DNA of 64,000 bases, taken from contig NC_045696.1 of NCBI RefSeq assembly GCF_009834535.1, forward strand, positions 24,616,001-24,680,000, in the 5' to 3' direction. Position 1 is the stretch's first letter, and every line of letters starts with the position of its first letter. Under the pieces are notes generated by a model. That model saw only the letters and a program-made list of their open reading frames with translations. It did not search any database and was not told where the DNA came from. This document shows positions 13,801 to 25,205 of the stretch, one piece after another. The position numbers and the translations under genes were made by a program. The stretch is from Camelus ferus. Lineage: Eukaryota.

Positions 13801-15124
13801 AACTGCTGTTTATAGTAAATATTTTCTTTTTCTTCTGAATGTGTTTCTCTTTTCCCACATTTAGAAGCACTTTGATGTGTCTTAAAAGTGTATCTATGAG
13901 AATGTGTCCTATTGTCCTTGGGGAAAATGGAAGATGGAAATATCTTGTTCTCCCTTATAGCACAGGGATAATTAAATTTTACATTGAAAACAAACAAAAA
14001 AAAAAACAACTTAGTAACAGAACAAGCAAACTCTACTAAAATCCATACATAGCATATTTTAGGTACTACCTGCAATGTTTGTTTGCAGCGCTCAATGAGG
14101 AGGAAGGGGGAAAGGTGGGTTGTGTGCCAGGCTGTTGGCACCAGCTGTGGTCACAGCAGCCCCTCATTGCTCAACTATCCCCAGTTGTGCCTTCCTGCCT
14201 GCCTACCTGCCCAAAACGATGCAGGGCAAATGGCAAGTCCCAGCCAGGAGCCTGGAACATGAGCTGCCAGCAGGGGAGATTTGTAGTTATGCCAAGCAGC
14301 AGTCCAGCAGTTGGCCTGACAGCGTGCCAGGGGAGCCTGGTGCCTTAGCCCCTGACATGTGCGCCTGGTGTTTCCAACCCACTTGCCATATGATTTGGAT
14401 CTAGATTCAAGAAATGTACAGCCTTTTAAGAAAATAGATGCTAACTATCCACATAGAGTAAAGAACGCACACAGATATTTTACTTTTATGTATTTATAAA
14501 CATGCATTTAATATCTATTTCTAGTCATAGCCATTTTACTTTCTTCAGATTTCTTTTTGGTTTTACCCCCCTAAGATTTAAACTATGATAGATGCCATCT
14601 TCTATATAACACAAAGAACAATAAAATGAAACAGAAACATTTTTATACTTCAACCAGAGAGCAATTCCCAGAGGGAAGAGTTCACAGAATTTTCACCTCA
14701 GTCACCTAAAGAACTTATAATGTCTGTACATGTAGGGCATTCCTGTACTTTTTATAGTGCACTGTGATGGTGTACTAGGCATGGTTTTGTAATGATTACT
14801 CTGGACAAACAAGAGTGAATCCTCTATTACCATGTGCCTTCCCAAAGGCCCTAGAACTGCTCTTTGCATTGAGTGGATGGTTAACAAGTGCTTGCAGAAT
14901 GCATACGTGTTGAATGAGGGAGTGAAGAAATTTGTAAATAGCATGCAAGACTATTTTTCTGGTTATAAAACTTAAAGTCTCCTTCAATCCCACCTCACAC
15001 ATAAAAGTTTTTGGTGGGTATTGGGATGTGTTGTCAAGATTCATTTTATGCATGACTGTGTGTGCATATGAGTGTGCAAGAATATAAATGAGTACATTTC
15101 TAGAAGATGATAATGTAAAAACTA

Positions 15125-15405
15125 TCAAAGTTTAAAATGTGTGTACTTTTGTATCCAGAAATTCCAATTTTAGAAATTTGTTTAAATTCTACAAATGCAT
15201 AAAAATACTAGCTAAACTACTAGGAGTTTTAATTAAAAACTAAAACCAATGTGAACTTCCATCAGTATTTAATTTTTATAAATAAATTAAGATATATGCA
15301 AACAACAAAGTAGTATGAAGATATTAAGAGAATGAGACATGTACTGACATTATGTCCAAAACATATTAAATGGTAAAAGCAAATTGTAGATCAGTAATAT
15401 GCTAA
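15125..15405 (+). mobile_element. Old L1 (L1ME-like) 3' fragment
   Basis: atccagaaattccaattttagaaattt..ataaattaagatatatgc..aagcaaattgtaga resembles the ancient L1 3' region. Confidence 0.5.
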
Positions 15406-17423
15406 GTGTTACTACTTCTGCCAAATAATAAATTTTAAAATAATGAAATCAGGGTTTTTTTTCACCATATTAATTTAACCTATAAGAAATATGATATTGA
15501 TTTCCTAAGGCCCCTAATTTAGTGATAGTTTTTAATATTACTTGGTCCTGACCAAAATAGTGCAATATGACAACTCAACCAAGGGTAAATGTTTCTTGGG
15601 ACCAGAGCCTTTTATGGGGATGTGTGCTTGGGTGAAGCGGCAGCCTAACAGTGCTGTCTGAGTTGGTGCTGAGTGATTGGTTCTCAAGTGAGTGTGTCTC
15701 TGCCCCACTGAAGGAGCCAGCACAGTAGAAGTGGGAGTTGCTGTGAGTTTGAGTATAGATGTTCTCCCCAGAACACACCTCATTAGAGGTTAGACTATGA
15801 TGCTGTGATGGATGCAAAGAGAGGTTTACAAAAAGAGGGAGAGTCATTCCAACTCCATATTCTCTCATGGCCTCAAGAAAGCAGCAACTGGTTGGTTTCC
15901 CATGAAGTGATTCTTGTTTCCAATTTGTTCTTGCATTTTGTTTTTTGATTTTTTTTTCCCAAAGGATGAGTCAGTATTTAAATGAAATAAATACCAAATA
16001 TCTACTAAATAGAAAATTAAAGTGTTCAGGTAATTTAGAATGTGCTTAAGATGAAATCAGAAATAATTAAGAGTTATGCCATACTACCTACTGGATGTTC
16101 CTCCATGGACAATGCTACCTCTGGACAAATAAATATAGCCATAGTTACCTGGAGAATGCTTGAGTTTTGGTTTGAGTGACTCAAATGGGGCTACAAATGA
16201 GGTTTTGAGCCATCCTAAGATGCATAAGCCTGGTTTTTCCTCTTTAGAGATAGTACCAAGCTAGAGAAGAACAGGAGAGTAAAGACCCAAGAGGTATCTT
16301 CATTTGAATTTCAACAAAATTTCTTATTTGATCTTTTTTAGTTCATATTTCCTTTAATTAATCTAAATATCACATTTTTAATTAAAAAAATTGTTTATTG
16401 AGCACTTTCATTGGTCGGGTATTTTCCTATGCCCTTCGGATTGCATTATTTTATAGTACTTGGCTTAAAGGACAGAGGCTTCATACCTAAAGCAAACAAG
16501 ATAGTAAAGTCAAAATCTGGAATATTTGGGTAAAGAAAACTGGGAAAGTCAAGCAAAAACTAGTAGTTTACATTTTTATTAAATCTTAAACTTTCTAATA
16601 TGTGAATATAGGACAGAGTTCTCTCCTTAGGGCATGAGAACTTTTTCCCAGAATTAGGATCTAGTTTGATTTCCTTAAAGCTTTCTTCACTTTTAATATA
16701 ATTGAGATTGCCTATACTTAATTAATTAAATGTCACAACTCAATATAATTATTTTATGAATAATTATACTAGCTGTCTTATGTTCTAATCACCATGCCAC
16801 TTTTTATCTCCATTGACAACTATCTTAAAATGTTGAAACATGGGCTCATGATTCCATAAACATTTTGGTAAGAAATAAAATATTTTAATATTCAAAGTAG
16901 TTCTTTATGACAAAGTATCTCCTAAATAATTTATTCTTAACATAATTATTTTATTTTCATTACACAGAGTACAGAACTGTTTGGGGCTGCTTTCTGTACT
17001 CCTGTTATGCCTGCTATTGGCTGGTAGCAATGAGATATCCTTCTTCAAATTATTTAATAATTCTCCAATATACCCAGATTTGAAAATTCTTTTGGGATAT
17101 TTGCAAACCATTCAGGAGCTTTACTGAAAAATAGTACCATTTAAATTTCTTGTTCTTTGTTAAAATAAAATACAAGATATTGCAGACAATCTGAGAAAGT
17201 AAAGAGAAAATCTATCTAAAATTTTAACACTTTTGCATTTGTCAATTATATGCATGTCTATATGTTTTTATATAATTTCAATAATAAAATAATTAAATTA
17301 TACACACTGATTTTTTAACTTAACCTATTATCAGAAATATTTTGGTATAAAAATGCACTTAGATATCCTATGGCAAGTGTGTAATTTTGTAGGCATACTA
17401 TTTTTCACTCCAGTGTGATTCTT

Positions 17424-17615
17424 GCCTGGTTAGCTCAGATGATTGGACCATGGGACAAAACTGATGAAGGTTATAGTTTCAGTTTCTAGGTAGTTGGTTA
17501 GCTTTACTCTGTTTCATGGCCACATGAAGGAACTAAATGACTTAGAAAGAAAATGTAGATGTTTTAGTGTGAATTCATCACCTCTGCTGGAAAAACCAAC
17601 CATCGCATAAGACCT
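17424..17615 (+). mobile_element. MamSINE1-like ancient SINE with tRNA-Ile-derived head
   Basis: gcctggttagctcagatgattgg (A box) ..gttagctttactctgtttcatggccaca..aattcatcacctctgctggaaaaacc matches recalled MamSINE1 consensus. Confidence 0.6.
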
Positions 17616-18879
17616 AGGTTTGTGCCAATCCCTAAGTCATTAGTGTCAGGATGGAAAAAAAAAAACAAAAAACAAAAAACAAAAAACCAAGAAGAGGAAA
17701 ATCTTGACCTTTCAAATACAAAAAAACTGAATGCTACATAGCTTTCACTTCCATAATGTAACTTAATGACCTGCCTTTTCTTTTTATAGTTACAGTTGAG
17801 GGGCTCCAGCTGATCACTTGCCTAAAATTATTGCAAGCCTGGTGGGAAGCTTTTGAGGAGGCATAGTCATGTTTTCATTTCACTAGGAAATCATTTAGCA
17901 AATTACTGCTGTTTTGTAAATTACTGTGCTGCATAACTTTCATACTGAGAAACAATTTCTATTTTCCATAAAAATTGCAGATGAAAGGTTTCTACAATAA
18001 ATAACCTGTATTTAAAACAAACCATTCCTAGAATTTAGAGAGTATGATACAGTATTTGTCAGGGGGAAATTTTAAAATATATTTTATTACTAAAATTTTT
18101 TAAATGCCACATTTTCTATTAAAGTCAGATTTTCATTTATTGTTTGTTTACTTTGTTAGCCTTTGAGGTGAATGTATAGAGGCTTCTGAGGACAAAATAA
18201 CAAGCTGACTACTTATTTTTTGAAAGGAAAAGAGCTAATTTTGGAAATCAGATTTCTTCAAGCCCATGTTTTATATGTTGACGAGAGCCCCACAATCAGT
18301 AATCAACCTAAACAGAAAATGGTGTTGGGAGCAGTTTTATTACACCAAGTCCTGTTTAGGATGTCAGTCTGAAGGAAGGGAACTCAGTTCTTCCCACTTT
18401 GTGTTCAGGTAATAGGCCCAAACATAATCTGGGGAAATATGGCATTACCCCCACAAACATTCTAAGAGAATCACGCTCCAAATCTGGTGATCACTGCTGA
18501 TGGGACAGGAAGCATGGCCACAAATCCAAGTCCTCTGGCCTTTTCCAGAAACACCTGGATAATGGAACACAGAGCTGGGTCTTTCATTTCAGTGGTGATA
18601 AGACAGAAAAGCAGAGGGAGAGAGCTTTTCCTTAGAGAGGTCCCATTTCAGTGCTGCCTTTTTTTATAAAAGAAGGGCTTGGGAACAAAAGTGAATGACT
18701 GATACTCATAAAGACTAATCAATATTAAGTAGACTCTCCTTAAACCTAAAGGTTGTTATGACTAATAAAGAGAAAATGCCTCATGATAGCTAACATTTTA
18801 AAATAACAGTCACAATAGGTACATATTAAAGTTAAAGTTCCTTATGCTTAGAACTAGTTATCATATCACTAGACTTAAA

Positions 18880-19450
18880 TATCTGATCCTTGAATTAGAA
18901 ATAAGTTAAATACATTGTGGCAAATGTGGAGAAGATTCAGAGGAATGGCATAAATGTGGTTTCATTGTTGCAAATAAAAGCCTTGAAGAAAAGATTAAAA
19001 GAACTGCTATGACTCATTTTGAAGATGAGTAGACTAAGAAATTATTTTTATCATTTTTTCCCAACCTTACTCAATCTGTATTTCCCATCTAAACCGCAGA
19101 ATACAGAAAATAATTTGAGTGACTCTTTTCTCAATTCCTCCATGAGTGGTACATAACCAGTACCATTCTAGATCCATTGATGAGAACTTAATTCATTACA
19201 TGCAAGTATACGAAGGCACCAGGGCCCAATTCTCTCTTTTAATGAAGTTGACAACAATTGGATTCACACTGAACCATAAACTAATGTTGGCAAGATATCT
19301 GAAACCTAGAAAATGCATTTAAAAGCAGGAGATATGTAGGCAAGATTAAAAAGTGGATTTCTAAAGGATAAATTACTTATGAATCCGTTGAGGAAAATTG
19401 CACAATTACACAATTTCCTTCTTTCAAGGATTTTGAAGTTAAGGTTTACT
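18880..19450 (+). mobile_element. CR1/L3 LINE 3' fragment, highly diverged
   Basis: tggagaagattcagaggaatggc..ccttgaagaaaagattaaaagaactg..tagactaag resembles the CR1 ORF2 C-terminal coding region (LEKVQRRA..YEERLKEL). Confidence 0.5.
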
Positions 19451-20554
19451 TTCTTCTCACTGGAGTGGAATGCAGTGTGTAGCCTCTGAAGACAGAGGTC
19501 TTAGCCCACCCTGAAATGTATGTTTTTCCAATGTAGGGCAATTCAAATGTCCAAAGGTTAGAAGGGGGAAGAGCAAGACACGCTGATACAGCTGAGAGGT
19601 GGTGGCCTCACATCCATCTCCTCTCTGAGGAACCCATCTCATGATGCAGAGAAACACCCATTTACTAGTGTCAGGAAATGCAAAAAAAGAAACTTCACAT
19701 TGACAAAGAGAACACTGATGCTCTTTCTTGAGAGGAGTAAAACTTCATAGGGCTGCTCAGGTTCTTTAGAAATATCTTTCATTACATCTCTAATATTTTT
19801 TTCTAAAAAGATAATGCCTACTGAATCCAGAATACTGCTTTGATGACACAGAATTACCAATCTGAGTATCAACAATTGTTATTCAGAACTATAAACAAAA
19901 GATGTAGAATTTCTGACACACTACAAAAGACAGATTCAATGGAAATAGTATTTTATTTTCTAAAAGCAACTTGGTTTCTTTGTCTACTTTTCTGATGAAA
20001 GCAAACATATAAAATTTTTGGATATTTTAAGTTTTATTAGTTAAATTCCAAGTTATCAAATTCCTACTGTATACTGTTGCTCATAGTGATCTTTTATATT
20101 CATTAATCCACATTATCACGATTCTAGAATTGTTCGAAAAGATCACTATTGATTTGGATTGTACATTTAAACTACAAATGACTTTTTCTAGTGTTACTTT
20201 AAGGAGCATTTGGAAAAGGCATCAGTCACACTGTGGATACAATCTGCTTTCTCTGGCAACTTATCATTAATGTAAAGTGAGAGTCCATATTGATCTTCAC
20301 TTATGTAAGCAGTTCACATGAATTTCATGAAACTGCAAGTGAGCAACAAAGGGCAAACTTTGTCTTCTAAGAAAACAGGGGTTTGAATATTTGAGTGCAA
20401 ACATCACTTTTATAATCAACAAATGTTTACTTACAAAAGTTTCAATTGTAATGAAGTAAAGGTTGGAACAGTTAAAACAGCTTGAAGATGAATTAATATA
20501 TGAATAAAACTTTTCTTGGCTTTGCCTAACTGCTCCCCTCTTTTCCATTTCCAG

Positions 20555-20757
20555 CTATTCAAGAGCAAGAAAATGAATCTGTGCCCCTGTCCTTAAGCCC
20601 AGACATCTCCTTAAATAAGTCACAGTTAGATGACTGCCCAAGGGACTCTGGTTGTTATATCTCATCAGAAAACTCAGATAATGGTAAAGAAGATCTGGAG
20701 TCTGAAAATCTGTCTGACATGGTACAGAAGATTACTATCACAGAGCCAAGCAACTGA
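20555..20757 (+). CDS. SAMSN1: SAMSN1 terminal coding exon (203 coding nt to TGA)
   Basis: cttttccatttccag|CT. (T)IQEQENESVPLSLSPDISLNKSQLDDCPRDSGCYISSENSDNGKEDLESENLSDMVQKITITEPSN*, stop TGA 20755-20757. Phase matches the preceding exon; the five exons total 843 nt = 280 aa + stop. Confidence 0.96.
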
Positions 20758-21435
20758 ACACACATTCTCAGCTCTACATCTACAGATGTGTTTGGATTTT
20801 AACTCTTCTTGAGCTAAAAGATCAAATAGGAGAGGAAGAGAAGTATTTGCAGATACGACCTGAAGTTAAAATGTTTTAATGGGAATGATTGTACATAAAA
20901 GTTCATAGCTCTAACATTTTCAGTTGTTGTAAGTAGTATGTATATTTATTATTTTAAATACTATATATTAGCATCTCACTTGCCTGTATCATAAAAAAGT
21001 ATAGTGTAAGTTTTTAGTGTGTGAGACATGAACTTTATTTGGCTTTATAAGTGCAAAATGATTTTCCAAAAAAAATCCTCCTTTTTTATACCTACCAGTT
21101 TTGAATTAATGTATATTACTGAATGAATCATTATGGAGCATGTGTCTGTTTAACCAATTGTGCAAGCAGCACTTACATTCATTTTATAATTACTGGGAAC
21201 GCGTGTGTTAATATTGGAGGCATTTTATCCTGATCCATAGTGAAGTTTTAGTAACTGTTTTTTGTTCATTTCTTCACTGTTATCTATGTAAAAGTATAGA
21301 TAACAATATATTGTAAATTCTGATTGAGTAAAACTAATTTTAATAATTGTACAGATTTTTCACCTTTTAGTGTAAATATTTAAAATTTTGAAATACCCTA
21401 ATTTTAATAATAAAAAAAACTATGTGCATTTGATA
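20758..21435 (+). other. SAMSN1: SAMSN1 3' UTR (end approximate)
   Basis: AU-rich, repeat-free sequence between the stop codon and the AATAAA at 21409. Cleavage site inferred 15-25 nt downstream of the hexamer. Confidence 0.75.
21409..21414 (+). terminator. Polyadenylation signal AATAAA of SAMSN1
   Basis: AATAAA with upstream TGTA elements (e.g. 21371) and T/GT-rich sequence downstream; repeats begin ~100 nt later. Confidence 0.75.
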
Positions 21436-21511
21436 TTTTCCAGACTAGTGTTACTGAAGGCATATTCATCTAAGAACTTTACACAAAATTTCTTATGTTT
21501 TCACATATCTC

Positions 21512-21529
21512 ATATACATGTATATATAC

Positions 21530-21587
<58 letters not shown>
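21512..21587. repeat. (TA)n microsatellite, ~25 perfect units plus degenerate flank
   Basis: Directly visible. Confidence 0.97.
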
Positions 21588-21589
<2 letters not shown>

Positions 21590-21590
<1 letters not shown>

Positions 21591-22940
21591 TTCCAAACCA
21601 ATTGCTTCACCTCAGTCTCTCTCCTAAACCCTGGATCTGTGTTATCCCACTTCCTGAATCCCTGTATATTAGCTCAGGCTGCCATAGCAAAACACCATAG
21701 TCCGGGTGGCTCAAACAACAGAAATTTATTTCTCGCAGTTCTAGAAGTTAGAAGTCCAAGATCAGGTTGCCAGCATGGTTGGGTTCTGGTGAGATCTCTC
21801 TTCCTGGCTTGCAGATAGCCACCTTCTTGCTGTGTCCTGAAACGGCAGAGAGAGACAGGGTCTTTGGGAGATAACTAGGTTAATCCCTTGTCTCAACCTA
21901 ATCATCTCCCAGAGACCTTATCTCCAAATACCATGCATTGGGGTTTAGAGTTCCAACACATGAATGTGAGGGGCTGGGGAGACACAGCTCAGTCCACTGC
22001 ACTCTAGGAAGCTTCAACTCAGCATATTCAAATCCTTGATTTTCTCTGCAACCTTGTCTCTCCTATTTTATTCCCAATCTACCTCTCTCTTTAACAGTAC
22101 CAATACCCACCCAGTTACCCAAAGCAGAAAATAATTTCTTGCTTCATCTCACATATATCCTTCTCATACAGATTCAATAAATAATCAATCTCTATGGATC
22201 AAACTTCTAGAAACGCTTTCATATTCACAGCTTTCTATCCATTCCCATGGTTGCTGCCTTGCTTTGGGACTTCATACTGTCATGTGCAAAATGATGTAAC
22301 AACTTTCCAACTGACCTCTGTCCTATCAATGCCCTACCTTCTAATCCATCCTCCACATGGTCTCTAGAAAGATCTTTCTAACAAAAAATTCAAATCACAT
22401 ACTTCCCAGCTTAAAATTTTTTAATGGCTTTTCACTATCTTTGGTATAATACTTAAATCTCCGGGATATATAAAGTCCTTCTCAACCATTTTTAACCTTC
22501 CCTATGAGTCATCTTTCCTCTCTCCCTTCTCACCCTACACTCTCCAGCCATAACAACCTTCTTGCAATTCCCTGAGTTCACTATTCCCTTTGTGACTTTT
22601 CTTACGCTATTTATTTTGCTGGAGTGGCTCCTGTTATTTTTTTATATCCAGAAGCCTCCCTCTGTTTTCTGTCTTAAGACTCATCACAAAAGTCATTTAC
22701 TCCGTGACGCCTTCTGTGAGTCTCTTTAGTGTCCTCCACTTTGTTTTTTCATAGCAATTTGTATCTCTGTTAGTTGTAACACATCATATTATACTTTATC
22801 TATTTGCGTGACGCTTGCCCTTTCACGAGACTGTGATCTCCTGGTGACAGAGACTATTCCGTTTAGTCATTTCAATCTCTGGCATAATCCCAGACAAAGA
22901 GTGGACATTCAGGAATTGTTTGCCGGATTGCATTGAATAT
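21590..22940 (+). mobile_element. L2 LINE 3' region, interrupted by MLT1A
   Basis: cttcaactcagcatattcaaa..cccacccagttacccaaag..ccatcctccacatgg..agactgtgatctcctggtgacagagact..ttgaat. Confidence 0.75.
21663..22001 (-). mobile_element. MaLR solo LTR, MLT1A-like
   Basis: tgtatattagctcaggctgccatagcaaaacaccatag..aacaacagaaatttatttctcgcagttct..ctcagtccactgca; TG...CA ends. Confidence 0.85.
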
Positions 22941-24724
22941 AATGATTATCCCCATACAACACACTCCATATTAATATTTAAATCAATCTACCCAACCTAT
23001 ACAATACCTTCCAAAGTGGCCAAAAAGTTTTTCAAATTAATTTTAAAAATTAGGAAAAATCAGGAAACACAAAGTGGTGTTTCAAATGCTGGAGGAAACA
23101 CACAGTTAATCTCTAGCATATTTTTCCAGATCCATGAGAGGTGATCCCAGATGCAGTACCCAGGTCAGGAGTAAAGCACATGTCTACTTCTGTTCCTTCC
23201 TCTCCACAGCAGGAAATAGTGTTTCAATTTCAAATTTCCAATATGCTGGCTCCATCATGGCCCCACTCCTGCTAGGACTACCACTTCAAACAGATTTTTC
23301 TAGGGCCTCCATAGACACAGCACAACCACTGGCCATACTTCTTAATCTTTAATCAATCTGCTGCCTCAAGGAGGTCAAAAGAGTAGAGCTTCTTTATGAA
23401 GATGTCAGGGAATTGTAAGCTGGTGAGCATATAAGGAACTTCCTGATTGTAAAATGGTAGAAACTTGTGAAACATATTCAGTCACAACTTCCATCCCTTC
23501 AAAATGAAGGTACCCAATTAAGAATTTAGAGAAATACTTTTGAGCAGAAGTGCTGCAGAGGCCTTGAGGAGACTGAAGCAGATGAAGAGACGCTGGATTC
23601 ATGCAAAGAGAGAAGGAGGAAAGCAGAGACGCCATGAGGTTTCAGCTGCCGGCAGAAATAGTTCATCCAAGGTTGTGAGGGACTTAGACCTTCCACTGTT
23701 GACTAGGAGACAGATGTGAAAGTGGTTCAAGGGTCGACATTTTAATCTTTACCAGATGATTACACTGGCTTTGTGCTTCTAGGCTGAAACCCAGTGAGAG
23801 TTCCAGTCTCATTCACTTGTTTATTCATTCAACAGTATTTAGATACGGAATACATATGCTGCCACAAAGGCCCTTTGGATCAGATAATCTGCATCAGAAT
23901 CTCGTCATCACCTCTCCATTGGACACAACTGGGTCTTTTAGTACAGAAAGGTTGTAAAACCACTGTGGAATGCAATTATTATTCTGATCTCAGGGATAGC
24001 CCATATTTACAGATTCAAGTACGTTGTGACAACATGCACGGTTAGAGAAATTTTATTTCAGATAAGTGGATAAAATCTTCATAATACTATTTTGATAAGA
24101 GCAAAAATTAGATGATTTAAATTCTGACATCCCTCCCCTCTCCCATTCTACTTCTGATATAAACACAAATGTATCTTCACCCTTAAGAAGCTTTTTTTTA
24201 AATCAATCAAATTGCAAAGAGAATTAATTAAGAAATAAAATAACTTTTAAAACTTCTAAAATGACAGGCAGCTAAAGATTTTCAGGCTTTAGACAACGTC
24301 CAATTCACTGAGGTTACAGTCAAGTGCCTTGCAACTTCCTGAGTGAGGCCAAATTGATGACATTTCATGTTGAGAAACTTCCGTTACAGCGTAAGTTCTG
24401 AGAAAAATAATGTGATGAAATTTTAGATACTCCATCACCCCCCCACACACACATGCACTTCCATCCCCCAACCACTGATAAAGAAAACTGTATAACTAAT
24501 CAGCATGCAGACTTCAAGTACTCCTTCATAAAGTGGGAATTCATGCTGAAATTATGTAAAGGTTGAGAGCAAAATGAATAGACTAAATATAGGCAAAAGA
24601 ACAGCAGTTTCTAAATTTGACCGTGTTTCTTGGCTGTGGAAATAAGATAGAAGTAACCCACACTTTACGCTACCTGCCATCTTACCACTGAATTCATCTC
24701 ATCACAGCCAACATTGATCTGAAC

Positions 24725-24915
24725 ACAGAGCCTGGAGATCTGGGTTTGAGGACTGTGTGACTTTGGGCAAGTCACTTATCCTCTGAGCTTAGTTTTCTCC
24801 CCTCTATCAAATGTATATAATTATAGTACTAATATTCCATATTATATTGTTGATTAAATGAGATAAAATGTCCAAAGCACTCAGTGCAAGGCATGCAGTA
24901 TGTGCAGGAAAACTG
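24725..24915 (+). mobile_element. MIR SINE
   Basis: ctgtgtgactttgggcaagtcacttatcctctgagcttagtttt..gattaaatgagataa. Confidence 0.8.
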
Positions 24916-25113
24916 ATGTCTGAGCATGACTCAAAGCAGCACACATGCTACCATAAGACAAGCCATGGTCTAGCAGTGACTTGAAATTCTTCAGACACAA
25001 ATCTCCCGTGGGCTAAGACAACTGTGTTGTCCACAAGCAAGACAGAGAGTCAGCTGCTTTAGCAGACCCTCACAGAATAAATGACCATTTTTGTCATGAC
25101 AGAATATTTCTTT

Positions 25114-25205
25114 GTTTATCCCCACTAGCTCTACTAAAAATAAATAAACCTAACTACCTCCCCCCATCAAGACAGAGTAAAATAAAATGATAACAATAGC
25201 AAATA
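25114..25205 (+). mobile_element. 5'-truncated Vic-1-type camelid SINE
   Basis: gtttatccccactagctctactaaaaataaataaacctaactacctccccc matches the 3' half of the full copy at 29876-30035. Approximate TSD aatatttcttt (25103-25113) / aatattttttt (25206-25216). Confidence 0.65.

Noticed and set aside
14079..14404. Overlapping 89-aa and 94-aa ORFs
   Set aside because: Explained by low stop-codon frequency in a GC-rich patch; no domain similarity or fitting splice sites.
20630..20812. 60-aa ORF MTAQGTLVV...
   Set aside because: Alternative frame overlapping the true SAMSN1 terminal exon.
21388..21818. ORFs with YIYIYI runs
   Set aside because: Artefacts of the (TA)n microsatellite and the MLT1A LTR.
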